This document shows positions 30,190-40,253 of a stretch of DNA of 64,000 nt, one piece after another (the stretch's first letter is position 1; each line of letters opens with the position of its first letter). Source of the DNA: a virus (taxonomy: Duplodnaviria > Caudoviricetes); the IMG/VR virus record IMGVR_UViG_3300015608_003951, positions 32,001-96,000 of that record; one strand, given 5' to 3'. Below the pieces are notes generated by a model. The model ran no database searches and was not told the DNA's origin. It saw nothing but the letters and a program-made list of their open reading frames with translations. Made by a program: the position numbers and the translations under genes.

Positions 30190-31055
30190 TGTCCACCCAG
30201 CCCATCACGTTCCTGGTGGAGGATCAGAACGAAGCCCCCGTGGTTGGGGCCGCCCTGGCGGTCTTCGACACCTCGCTCCACACGGTGTATTGTCGGGGTG
30301 TCACTGATAGCCAGGGCAAGGTGTACACCTTGCTCCCGGGGGGTGTGGATGTGGATATTCGAGTGCAGCACCCCTATGCTCGAACTCGCCCCCTCACCAT
30401 CATCTCCTTGGACGATGCGCCGACGCAGTACACGCTTCCTGTCGTCCTTTGGACCCCGCCTACAGCGCTGGATCCACGGAGATGCATGGTGTGGCTTCGT
30501 GTCGCGAAGCCTGACGGCCAGGCTTGGGCGGATTGTACGGTTACGTTTCGCCCCGGATCTGATGCCGGAGTGGCTGGCAAGGAGCCCGTCATCGGGGCTA
30601 GCGCTTACTACGTTACAGACGACAACGGCTACATGCAGGCTCCGCTGCTCAAGAACTCCAAGGTGCGCGTGGAGATGGGCCCCACCTCAGACAGCAGTAA
30701 AACGGTGCGCATCCCCGAGGTCGACAACATCAACCTGCTGGACCTGCTCTACCCCTACGTTAAATCGTTCACGTACACCCCACCCGGCCCCCTGGCCGTA
30801 GGGTCCACCACGGCTTTCGACCTGAACCCGTCCTGGAGTGACTACGTGGACAGGATCGACGACGATACGGAGTTCGTGGAATGGTCGTCCTCGGACCAAA
30901 ATCTGGTGACAGTTACCGGCAGTACTCGGCGCCTGGAGCTGTACGCCAAAGCACCGGGCACCGTCACCATCACAGCTACCAGGGTAAGGTCTTCGACCTA
31001 CCGTAGCCCTAGCCCTGAACTTACGAACTCAAGCTTCTCCGTGAGCGTGGTCTTA
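30189..31055 (+). CDS. Ig-like domain virion protein (ends at TTA)
   Basis: VEWSSSDQNLVTV...AKAPGTVTITAT resembles Big_2. The domain ends FSVSVV-TTA with a TTATG junction. Confidence 0.7.
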
Positions 31056-31444
31056 TGGAGATCCCCAAGGCGCAGCTAGACCTGATTCTGTCGGAGAGCA
31101 TCGTCCCAGCGGGCTCCATGGAAGATGAGGCCTGGCGCGCCCTGTTCATCGCCATCTTTTGGAGGGCTGTGCGGGACTGGGTCACCTACCGGACCGCAGG
31201 ATCCTTGGCCCGAAGAAAAGTAGCGGCAGAGGCCTATATGTGGATCTTCATGGAGCAGCCCGGGCACTGGACCTGGAAAATACGCCAAAGCGAGGGTAGG
31301 GGAGCCTTTGCGTTCACGACCATGTGTGACGCCCTCAACCTGGACGCAGGGAAGCTGCGTAGGTGGGCCGAGTCCATGACGGCGGAAAAGGTGAAGAACC
31401 TGGGCAGGCAGGCGGACTCCAGGAAGGTGCCCAAGGATGTCTAA
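31055..31444 (+). CDS. hypothetical protein
   Basis: Coupled start, 129 aa. Confidence 0.65.
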   Translation: MEIPKAQLDLILSESIVPAGSMEDEAWRALFIAIFWRAVRDWVTYRTAGSLARRKVAAEAYMWIFMEQPGHWTWKIRQSEGRGAFAFTTMCDALNLDAGKLRRWAESMTAEKVKNLGRQADSRKVPKDV

Positions 31445-34400
31445 CTGGTTCACGGACGACGAGCTACAGGCCAGGATCTCCACACTCCTTACGTCCACGG
31501 CAGTGCCGCGCGACAACCTTGGTGTGGTGCAGACGGATCGGAAGTCTGAGGCCGTTCGCAGGGCAGCGGTCAACGCCTTTCTCGCTGATCCAGGCCTGAT
31601 CTACAGCGCCGCAGCTACGGCTGTCGGGCTGCTGAGCGCCGAGCTTGTTGGTTGTACGGAGACGGTCGCCTCGATCCGCGCGCTTGTGCGCGCCACGATG
31701 AAGATCGTGGCCCCTGTTACGGACCTGGCACCCCTCTCAGCGGCAACTAGCGCGATCACCGCGTTGGACACCGTCGGTACACAGCACCGGGCTCTACACG
31801 AGTCTGATGCCTACAGGCAGTTCAACACCCAGAGCGCCACGCACCTGCGGCGACACTTGTCCTCCTTGACGAACAACGGGACCGTGTCCCCAGCACCCCT
31901 TGAATCAAAGAGGCAGATAGCCGAGCTTTGGTTCAGCCTGCAAGCCAAGGTGCTCGATGTCTACTCCAGGGCTGGGAAGCTCTCCTTGGCCAGCGAGAGC
32001 CTGTCAGCGGCTAGCCTACCCTCGGCGGCCAGCTCCCTGACCGTGGCCGCGGTCAGGCGATCCTTGGCCTCACTGCAAGCTAAACTTCTGGACCAGACTC
32101 CCACCGAGCGTCTCGGGACCCTGCGGGAGGACTGCCTCGCTTTGGTGGCCGCACGAGCGGCTCTCCGGGCGGTTGCCAGCCTGCCGGAGGCTACCTCCGT
32201 CCTCTCCTCAGGTGCCGCAGCCACAGTCATCGATTCGGAGCACTCTGGCGAGCGGGCACAGGCCGATGGCCTCCCAGGCCCTTACGAGGTTAACGCTCTC
32301 CTCCCCCTCACCACACAGCTGGGCACTGGGCCTGAACGATCCATCTACCTGCCTACCAGCTCAGCGCCCCTCTTCACGGGTACCAGGTTCGAGATCTACG
32401 GGGCGTCGAGCACCATCAACACCGGGAACGGGCCGTTCACGATCGCTAGCGGCACGAGAGAGCTACAGATTTACCTTAAGAAGGTGGACGGTGGCGTGGT
32501 GGACGGAGGGCTGCTCCTAACCACGGGATCGCGCACAGCCGCCCAGGTGGCCGCTGAAGTGCAGAGCTATTGGGACGACCTAGGGGTCGGAGCTACCTTT
32601 ACCGCGACAGTGTCCGGCCTTGCTGTCCACTTCGCGGCCGCAGGGGGGGCTACGCTCCTGATGGGCTCTGGCACGGCCAACACTCCGCTCGGCCTCACCC
32701 CTGCGGGGGGTTTCGTCGTTCAGGATAAACAGCCGGCCGTGATCTTGGGCAGCGTCGCTGGCCCCTTTACGATCACGCTGGATACCAATGACCTGCTCCT
32801 GTTCTTCCTGCGGGATCAATCTGGTCAGCTGCTGCAAGTGCAGGTGAAGCTCGCAGCGGGTTCTCGAACTACTCACAGCATCCTCACCGAGGTGCAGGAT
32901 GCGATTGATGCTCTGGGGCAAGGCGCTCCGCGGTACGGCCTCTTCAGTGACTCCGGCAGGGTGAAGATCGCCTCCTCGGAGGGGTCTGGTTACGAACTTC
33001 GCATGGGTAGCGGGACGGCCAATGCGGTGCTCGGGTTCACCACCGGGACAACTTCGGTGGGTGTCGACAGCAATCTGGAGCTGGACGTGACCCTGAACGG
33101 GTCGCCACTGCCGACGGTTACCCTGCCCGCCGGTGTGTATAGCGGGAGCACCCTCGCTTCCATGCTCGCAACCTCTCTGGGGTCTGGGTGGGCCGTCACG
33201 TCGGCCGGTGCGGCGGGGTCCAAGTACCTGGTGCTCCGGTACGTCGCAGCGGGATCCAGCTCTGCTACCGTGAAGCTCCCCGCCTCCGGGCTGGCGTCGT
33301 ACTTCGGGTGGTTGATCGACACCGAGTCGTCAGGGAGGGGCCTCTCGGCGGCGGACATGACAACCAAGCTCAAAGAGCTCCTGGTAGATGCCGTGCCTTC
33401 CTGTGTGTTCAGTGGATCCACGGTCACCAGGTCTGTACAAGGCCGCGCGGGTTCGACACTCGTCTTTTACACGGAGACTGGCGAGGCAGCTCTGACTGCT
33501 CCGGCCGCCCACACCATCAGGCTAGGGGTTGCGACGACCCTGTCCGTGGGTGACAAGGTCCTTCTCGAAGACGGCTCGCTCTGGACGATAAGCTCCAAGA
33601 GCTCGGGCTACTTCGAAGCCACCAGCGGCGTTAGTCGGGACCCTGCACCCTCTATCCGGTACTGGGGCGGGGCAGATCCTGGCCTTCTTGTGGGCAGCAG
33701 AGCCCGTGTTACGGGGGCCTTGTTTGGGGCCTACACGGTGGACGCGATAACAAGCTTGCTGGAGGCAAGGGTGTCTCCGCCGCCGGCTGCGGGCCTGACG
33801 GGAGAAGCCACCCTCGGCGCTGAGGCTGTCAGGCTTACAGCAGGCGCGGATAAGACCTTGACCCTGGGCGGTGCTGGGGCAGTCCTGCTGTTCGGCGCAG
33901 AGCTTGAGCTGGCGCAAAAGACAACCTGGATCCAGGCCCCGACTGTTCGGCGTCCGGAGCCGGGAGACCTGTTCGATATCTACGCCACCAGTTACTCAAC
34001 CCCCAGCAGCCAGCTGGTGGTGAGACAAGTCGTGGATACGTACCTACGACTGGATGCGCCGCTCGCGCACCCCCAGAGCTGGCCTTCCTCGGGCAGCCCC
34101 CCTTTCGCCAGGGTCCGTAGCTACAAGGCGGCGCTTCTGGAGGATCTGGAGCAGGGGCTAGGTGCCGCGCTTTCCGCGCAGCTCGATCTGCGGGCCATCG
34201 ATGAGGTGCTCCAAAGGCTCATGGCTCACCAGGGGCCTACCCCTCCGGCCCTGGTTCTCACGGTTCTAGGGCAGCTAGACACACTGAGCGCCTGGCTAGC
34301 AACGGTGGCCTCTACGCTGTCCGTGTATCGGGTCAAGGCCACTCCGGCATGGGACAAGCTGACCCGACTCCTGCGACAGCAAGGCGCTGATAAGGGATTG

Positions 34401-34658
34401 GACTCGCTGGAGCAGTGCGACTTCACCGCCTTCTTTCAGGACCCTTGCCGGAGCTATAGCGGTCACCTCTCCGATAGCCTTTCCCAGGCCATCCGCACGC
34501 AGACTCCTGTGGACAACAGGACGCAGAGGGGCCGATCGGAGGTGCGTCACCAGGCTTTCGGAGATGACCCAGAAAACAGCTTCGAGGATGTGGAGCACCC
34601 CCAGACCCCAAGCGGATCTGGTGCCGTCGGGGCTACCCCGAAGACTTCCCTGGGATAA
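31437..34658 (+). CDS. large virion structural protein with repeated beta-rich modules
   Basis: 1073 aa. Repeats GPFTI...L..GSRTA..V..E.Q and LxMGSGTAN..LG. Confidence 0.65.
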   Translation: MSNWFTDDELQARISTLLTSTAVPRDNLGVVQTDRKSEAVRRAAVNAFLADPGLIYSAAATAVGLLSAELVGCTETVASIRALVRATMKIVAPVTDLAPLSAATSAITALDTVGTQHRALHESDAYRQFNTQSATHLRRHLSSLTNNGTVSPAPLESKRQIAELWFSLQAKVLDVYSRAGKLSLASESLSAASLPSAASSLTVAAVRRSLASLQAKLLDQTPTERLGTLREDCLALVAARAALRAVASLPEATSVLSSGAAATVIDSEHSGERAQADGLPGPYEVNALLPLTTQLGTGPERSIYLPTSSAPLFTGTRFEIYGASSTINTGNGPFTIASGTRELQIYLKKVDGGVVDGGLLLTTGSRTAAQVAAEVQSYWDDLGVGATFTATVSGLAVHFAAAGGATLLMGSGTANTPLGLTPAGGFVVQDKQPAVILGSVAGPFTITLDTNDLLLFFLRDQSGQLLQVQVKLAAGSRTTHSILTEVQDAIDALGQGAPRYGLFSDSGRVKIASSEGSGYELRMGSGTANAVLGFTTGTTSVGVDSNLELDVTLNGSPLPTVTLPAGVYSGSTLASMLATSLGSGWAVTSAGAAGSKYLVLRYVAAGSSSATVKLPASGLASYFGWLIDTESSGRGLSAADMTTKLKELLVDAVPSCVFSGSTVTRSVQGRAGSTLVFYTETGEAALTAPAAHTIRLGVATTLSVGDKVLLEDGSLWTISSKSSGYFEATSGVSRDPAPSIRYWGGADPGLLVGSRARVTGALFGAYTVDAITSLLEARVSPPPAAGLTGEATLGAEAVRLTAGADKTLTLGGAGAVLLFGAELELAQKTTWIQAPTVRRPEPGDLFDIYATSYSTPSSQLVVRQVVDTYLRLDAPLAHPQSWPSSGSPPFARVRSYKAALLEDLEQGLGAALSAQLDLRAIDEVLQRLMAHQGPTPPALVLTVLGQLDTLSAWLATVASTLSVYRVKATPAWDKLTRLLRQQGADKGLDSLEQCDFTAFFQDPCRSYSGHLSDSLSQAIRTQTPVDNRTQRGRSEVRHQAFGDDPENSFEDVEHPQTPSGSGAVGATPKTSLG

Positions 34659-34665
34659 GTGGGGT

Positions 34666-34956
34666 ATGAACGTACCAAGCATAGATGGTGATGTTGCGTC
34701 CCGTACACCTGAGGAGGTCAAATGGCTGGCGGCCAACCTCATCAAGAACAACGGGGATCTTCGGGCCATGGTTCGATCCCATCGGGCTATGTACTACCTA
34801 GTCCGCGCCGTTCTGGAGGAGTCGCGGCGCCTTGAGCAAGCCAAGACCTCTGACGAGCTCCTCCTGGAGCTACCTCGCTTTGCCAACACCCTGAACCAGC
34901 TTCGAGCGGTGGAAGCGATCCTGCTTGCTGCCGCCTGGCTGGAGGAGGAGCTGTAG
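34666..34956 (+). CDS. hypothetical protein
   Basis: ATG 34666 lies 7 nt after GGGATAA. Confidence 0.6.
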   Translation: MNVPSIDGDVASRTPEEVKWLAANLIKNNGDLRAMVRSHRAMYYLVRAVLEESRRLEQAKTSDELLLELPRFANTLNQLRAVEAILLAAAWLEEEL

Positions 34957-35187
34957 ATGTCAGACGACGCCCTCATGGAGGCACAGAAGGCGGTCCTGGA
35001 GCTCTCCCGGCTCCTCACCGCGTCGAACGCTGCACGCGAAGCGCTGCGCGCAGAGCTTCGGTCGGTGCTGGGCGCTTACCGTGCCGCGAAAGCCTTGATC
35101 CTCGTGCTGGAAGCCGGCGCAGACCCTGCTGTGGCCCGCAAGGCCCTGGCTCAGGCGGAGCTTGCCTTGCAGACAAACCGGGTGTTA
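34957..35187 (+). CDS. hypothetical helical protein (ends at TTA)
   Basis: GGAGGAG SD. TTA 35185-35187 removes a false 385 aa fusion. Confidence 0.6.
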
Positions 35188-35197
35188 GGTTTTTGCC

Positions 35198-35452
35198 ATG
35201 GCGGACCAACGGGACGAGGCGCGGGGTGTTCTTACCTCCGTGCTATCCCAGATCAGCCGTGCAAAGCGCGTCCGAGGGGCGGAGGCGCTCACTTTCGAGG
35301 ATCGCCTTCAGGCCGCCATCGCTCAATCGACGGAGGCGAAGGACGCCGCAAGTGCAGCGCACAACAAACTACAGGTGATGGTGGGTGCGATCAAGGCAGA
35401 CCCCAGCACACCTTACGTGGACGACTCCGACACCGTCTTCTCCAGCGTATTA
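35198..35452 (+). CDS. hypothetical protein (ends at TTA)
   Basis: Leaderless start. TTA 35450-35452 is followed by an AT-richer spacer. Confidence 0.55.
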
Positions 35453-35497
35453 CAAGAAGTACTTGCAGTACTTCGTCGTTCAAGTCATACGGGTGTA

Positions 35498-35689
35498 ATG
35501 CCCTCGCGCCCGTTGTCGTTCCGGCTCAACCCAGAGCTTGTCCAGCGCATCCACGCAGTGCTGCATGCCCTGCAAGCGCAGTCCAGGTTGCCGGAGCCCC
35601 CTTCGCTAGCCTCCTTTGTGCGAGCCGCTTTGCTGGCTCGCTTGGAGGCGGACGAGAAGCGCCTTGGGCTCTGGAAAGGGAGCGTGTGA
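35498..35689 (+). CDS. ribbon-helix-helix DNA-binding protein
   Basis: PLSFRLNPELVQRI...SLASFVRAALLARL follows the RHH pattern. Separated from the upstream ORF by TTA. Confidence 0.7.
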   Translation: MPSRPLSFRLNPELVQRIHAVLHALQAQSRLPEPPSLASFVRAALLARLEADEKRLGLWKGSV

Positions 35690-36114
35690 TGTCGGACATC
35701 CTCATCGATCAGCGTTGGGTAGCCGCCTGGCTTTGCAAGAAGGAGCTCGACCTCTACCTGGAGCAGGTCGGGGACTGGTGGCTGGGTCTCTCGCCGGAAG
35801 TTCAGGCTGTGGTGGAGCGCTTCCCGCCCAACTGTCTCGTCAGGATCAGCTGTCCAGACGATTACGTCCGCCTCTACGGGGACTTTCTCTTCACCAACCA
35901 GGTGGTCGCCATCGTGTGCGGGTACACCAGCGGGACCCTCTCGGTGAAGCAGAGCCCCGATGGTGAGACCTTCGACCTGCCCGCCGCGGACGTCGAGCCC
36001 GTCGGCTACTACTCGGGGCTGACCCCCGACTTTCTGCGCGCCTACCGCGTGCTCACGAGGAAACATGGATCTGTCAAAACTGTACGGGGAGGTGCGAGGA
36101 GCTTCTTCCGTTAA
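35689..36114 (+). CDS. hypothetical protein
   Basis: TGATG overlap and a GGGAG SD. Confidence 0.65.
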   Translation: MSDILIDQRWVAAWLCKKELDLYLEQVGDWWLGLSPEVQAVVERFPPNCLVRISCPDDYVRLYGDFLFTNQVVAIVCGYTSGTLSVKQSPDGETFDLPAADVEPVGYYSGLTPDFLRAYRVLTRKHGSVKTVRGGARSFFR

Positions 36115-36679
36115 CAAGCAGCGGCTTCTGGAGGCCTACCTACTCCAGATGTTCCGCAACAAACCTCTCATCGTGTCCGTGCACGGTGTCTACATAGACA
36201 CCCAGAACGCTCTGGCACACATCGCCCACCTGTTCAGGGAGAACCTGCACCACAACGTTGTGACGCCCCTCGCGCGGTATGAACCTGTGGTGCTTTGCGA
36301 CGGGCCCTTTACGCTGCCCTTTTACGGGTTCAGCGCGCACTTGCCGCTAAGGGGTCGGAAGATCGTTCTTACCCGGGGCGAGGTGACGAAGGAGATCATC
36401 CTTGATACGTTTCACACCGTAGACGTGGACGTCTTGGATATGCCCAAAGCTGCGAAGCGCCCCTCTACGCGCCGCGCGCAGCTCTACCACCAAAACAACC
36501 CCCGCTGGGACCTCCCCCATCAGCCGCCACATCTCGCCAGGTTTTTGCGCCGCAAGTACCTCCTGCACCAGCTAGCTGAACCTACGAACCAGACGATCCT
36601 GGTGCAGGGGGCCTTCTTCTGTACGGAAGAAGGCAGAGCCATGATGTCGGAGCTCGGCTTGACAGTGGAGGATTCATGA
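36065..36679 (+). CDS. hypothetical protein
   Basis: GAGGA SD, 204 aa. Confidence 0.6.
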   Translation: MDLSKLYGEVRGASSVNKQRLLEAYLLQMFRNKPLIVSVHGVYIDTQNALAHIAHLFRENLHHNVVTPLARYEPVVLCDGPFTLPFYGFSAHLPLRGRKIVLTRGEVTKEIILDTFHTVDVDVLDMPKAAKRPSTRRAQLYHQNNPRWDLPHQPPHLARFLRRKYLLHQLAEPTNQTILVQGAFFCTEEGRAMMSELGLTVEDS

Positions 36680-36772
36680 GCACCCTTACCCCCATGCTGT
36701 TAATCCACCTACCGCGAGGCCCCCCTCTGTAGCCCTGGTTCTGCACCCATCAACCAGCCAGGAGATCTACAG

Positions 36773-37078
36773 ATGACCGACAGCGACAAGAAACAGCTCA
36801 AAAAGGCGCTTCATAAGCGCTTGCAAGAAAAGCCCTTTGGGTTCTGCGCCCGTGCGCACCTTCTCTTCCTCGCCTTCCTCCACGGCAGGGCGCACGAGAC
36901 CATCGAGCGCAGGGTCCACGCCTCCACCTACTACGGCAGAACGCCACTTGCCGCCTACGTCAGGTTTACCCTTTGCAGCGATCCCCCTCTGCTCCCTGAA
37001 GAGGACTTCCCTCTCGAAGAGTTCTCCGCCTGGTGCTCCGGCCTGAAGGGGAGGATCAAGGGTGGCCCCGAAACTTTA
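36773..37078 (+). CDS. hypothetical protein upstream of the PTH2-like gene (ends at TTA)
   Basis: AGGAG SD and an ARAHLLFLAFLHGR motif. TTA 37076-37078 gives a short overlap. Confidence 0.6.
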
Positions 37079-37382
37079 CCAGGTTGTGAGGGGGGACCTC
37101 TCTCCAGGACAGCAGGCGGTGCAGAGCAGCCATGCCCTGGTCGAGATGTTTATCCACTACCCTGAGCTTATCCGCTCCTGGTACGAGAGCAGCAACACGC
37201 TGGCCTTGTTGTCCGTTGCGAGCGAGAAGCACCTCAAGGAGCTTCAGCTCGCTGCGCAGTTGCACAAGATCCCTTCTGTGCAGTTTCGGGAGCCTGACAG
37301 GAATAACGAGACTACAGCCTTGTGTCTGGGCCCGGAGGCGTTGCGTCTCGTACGCAAGCTCCCCCTGGCCCTGAGGCTGTGA
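37062..37382 (+). CDS. peptidyl-tRNA hydrolase PTH2-like protein
   Basis: LYQVVRGDLSPGQQAVQSSHA...W...FREPD...TALCLGP matches the PTH2-family signature. GGAGG SD. Confidence 0.85.
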   Translation: MAPKLYQVVRGDLSPGQQAVQSSHALVEMFIHYPELIRSWYESSNTLALLSVASEKHLKELQLAAQLHKIPSVQFREPDRNNETTALCLGPEALRLVRKLPLALRL

Positions 37383-37395
37383 TCACGGAGGTTTG

Positions 37396-37800
37396 ATGGC
37401 TGATAAGGAAGATGGGTACAACAGAGGCCCCCTCAGGGCCCGCACTGTGTTCCAGGTGTGGATCGTCCTGGACACTACTGAGCTAGATTTCGATCGTGCT
37501 CAGCAGGTTTTCTACACGTACCGAGATGCTCTCCTGGCGGTGAAAAACCGCCTGGAGTCCACGTATCCCGGGATCTACAGCAGGCTGTCCCCTGCGGACG
37601 CCTACGAGAAGGCGTACGACGCACACAGGCGCTGGTGCGTGCGGGAGGTTGATGTCCACACCTTCAAGGCCTTGCACAACGCCAACTCGGGCGCACGGAC
37701 CAAAATGCTGTCTCTGCTGCTCCGCACTCTTACGGAGGAACAGAAGCAGATGCTACACAAGGAGGGCCTTCTCGAAGACGAGGATCTCGGCACCGTGTTA
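37396..37800 (+). CDS. hypothetical protein (ends at TTA)
   Basis: GGAGG SD. TTA 37798-37800. Confidence 0.6.
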
Positions 37801-37855
37801 CAAGCAACGTGCAGCAGACTAGCGTACGACTAGCTTTGGGGCCTTAGGCCCCCCT

Positions 37856-37928
37856 GAGGGTGTAGTTCAATTGGCAGAACGACGGCCTTAATCCCCGTGC
37901 GTTGTGGGTTCGAGTCCCCCCACCCTCG
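37856..37928 (+). tRNA. atypical tRNA with TAA anticodon (reads UUA), short variable loop and Trp-like body
   Basis: Acceptor stem GAGGGTG/CACCCTC, D arm GTTC-AATTGGCA-GAAC, anticodon loop CT-TAA-TC, T loop TTCGAGT, G73, no encoded CCA. C31.C39 and U50.C64 mismatches. Confidence 0.75.
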
Positions 37929-37949
37929 CAGATCTGGTAGGTTTGACGC

Positions 37950-40238
37950 ATGAAAGAAGCAGGGCACCCCGAGGACCGCGTTCGGGAGCGTTCCACCCTG
38001 GACCCGGACACGCTGCTAGCGGCTGCTCGCCCTAAGCTGAAGTCCATCCCGGAAGATGGCGCTGAAAAGTACCACTGGCGTGTGGAGGAGGGGGGTAAGC
38101 TCCACGGGTACCTTGCGATCAAGCGCGTCGGAAAGAAGAGGCGGCCGGTGGTCGCCACTTTTCTAGCCCCGCATATGACCCCCTCGGGGGAAGATGTATC
38201 TGGGCACCTCGGCCCCCTCCTCAAGGCGGCTGAGCTTAGGACCGAACTGCTGCCCCACCAGCAGCGCGTCGTGGATAGGATGAAGGACCCCAACCAGACG
38301 GGACTGGTCGTGGTCCATGGACTTGGTTCAGGCAAGACTCTCTCGGCCATCGCCACCCAGGACGCCCTCAAGTCTCCTGCGACCGTCGTGGTCCCCGCGG
38401 CCCTCCAGGAGAACTACGCCAAGGAGCAGCGCAAGCACATCAAGGGGACTCCCCCCAAAACCACGCTACAGACCGTGCAGCGCGTTGCCTTGGATGGCTC
38501 CCCTGCTTCAAACCCCCTTCTCGTCGTGGACGAGGCACATAGGCTTAGGGACCACACCAGTGCGTCCTTCCAGGCCATGAAAACCACAGACGCAGAGAAG
38601 CGTCTGCTGCTCACGGGATCTCCCTTTTACAACCACCCTGCGGACATCGCCCCGCTCGTGAACCTGGCGGCCAAGCAGAAGATCCTGCCTATGGACCGTC
38701 CTGAGTTCGAGGGTAAATACATCGGCATCAAGAAGGTGAGTCCTGGCTTCATCCAGGAGCACCTCATGGGGGTGGCTCCTGGAGAAGTTCCCGTCCTGAA
38801 CGAGAGGAACGCGCCTGAGCTGCGTGAGATCCTGTCGAAGTACGTGGACTACCATCCGGGCAGCAAGGACCACTTCCCCGACGTGACCCGCGAGGACGTG
38901 GTCGTGCCCATGTCTCCGCAGCAGAAGGACGTCTACGACACCCTCATGGGGCAGGCCCCTAGCTGGGTGTCGGCCAAGGTCCGTCGAGGTTTGCCGCCTA
39001 ACAAGAAGGAGCTGGCACAGATGGGCAGCTTCCTTACCGCGCCAAGGCAGGTCGCCAACACGACGGCCCCCTACTCGGAGGAGCTGAACCACTCCCCAAA
39101 GATTGACGAGGCCTTCAAGCGGCTGAAGAGCAGGATCGACAAGGACCCCAACGCCAAGGCAGTCATCTACTCCAACTTCTTGGACGCCGGCATCAACCCC
39201 TACAAGGCCAAGCTCCAGGAGGCTGGCATCCCCTTCGGGGAGTTCACGGGCGAGATGAAGAAGAAGGACCGCGACCAGATGGTGCGGGACTACAACGAAA
39301 ACAAGCTCAAAGCCCTCTTGCTCAGCAGTGCGGGTGGAGAGGGCCTTGACCTGAAGGGGACCAAGCTTGTGCAGCTACTCGACCCCCACTGGAATGCTGA
39401 AAAGCTGAAGCAGGTGGAGGGCCGTGCTGCCCGCTTCAAGTCTCACGACGACCTGCCGGAGGGCGAGCGCAACGTACACGTGGAACAATACCTCTCGGGC
39501 ATCAAGCCGGGGCTGGTTGACCGTGCGGGGCAGTTTCTCTTCAACCGGAAGCCCGATGAGACGGTCGATCAGTACCTGAACATGATGAGCAAGCAGAAGG
39601 AGGCGCTCAACAAGCAGTTCCGCGACCTGCTCCCCAACCACGAGAAGAAGGCCGACGCCGAGTACGAAGAGCCCTCTGAGCTGCGTACGAAGACCCTCGC
39701 CACCCTCGGATACGCTCTGCCCACACAGGCCACAGCTTCTGCGGGCTGGCTGCCTCACACCGGAAGGTCTTCTTTCTTCCCAAACCTACTGGGCACGCAG
39801 GTTGTCGCGGCCCCAGTCAGCTATATCCTGGCTAACCAGAACATCAAGCGGCAGGACGCTTACCCGAAGAACCTGGCTAAAGCGATAGCGAAAAAGCCTT
39901 CCAGGGAGTCAGAGGTGCGTGACCAGGCCGAGCTCTCTGGGTTGGGGCTGGTGGCGCAGTCCCTGAAGTCAGCCCTGAAGGGGCAGGCTCTGGGGTCGGC
40001 CTTGGCGATTATCGAGTCGCGAAAGCCAAAGCACGCCCTGCCTCTGATGGCTGTCCAAGCACCGTTTCATCTTGCAGGCGGCATCGCTCGCACGCTGATG
40101 GAGCGGGACACCGCTCGGATGGCGCTCAACAGGCTCGAAAGCGCCAAGGGCACCGCTGAGAAAGATGATGAACGGCGGCTGCACCGGCTGAAAAAGGAGG
40201 TGGCCCGCATCGAGAGTAGGCGGAGCACGGAGCTCTTA
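37950..40238 (+). CDS. SNF2-family helicase/ATPase with extra N- and C-terminal modules (ends at TTA)
   Basis: LLPHQ, HGLGSGKT, VVDEAHRLR, LLLTGSP, AGGEGLDL and QVEGRAAR motifs. Confidence 0.9.
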
Positions 40239-40253
40239 TGCTAGGCTCCCAAC

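Noticed and set aside
29209-30801. Long standard-code ORFs with junk tails or fusions (530 aa here, also 2759-3586, 34957-36114, 62224-63192, 13901-14629) read as frameshifted pseudogenes or assembly errors
   Set aside because: Each loses protein-like character at an in-frame TTA next to a gene boundary. One rule explains all of them, which independent errors would not.
37882-37898. Reading the second tRNA as an ochre suppressor (anticodon TTA)
   Set aside because: Stem pairing (ACGG/CCGT) centres the loop on TAA with U33. A TTA register would need C33 and an asymmetric loop, and TAA stops show no sign of readthrough.
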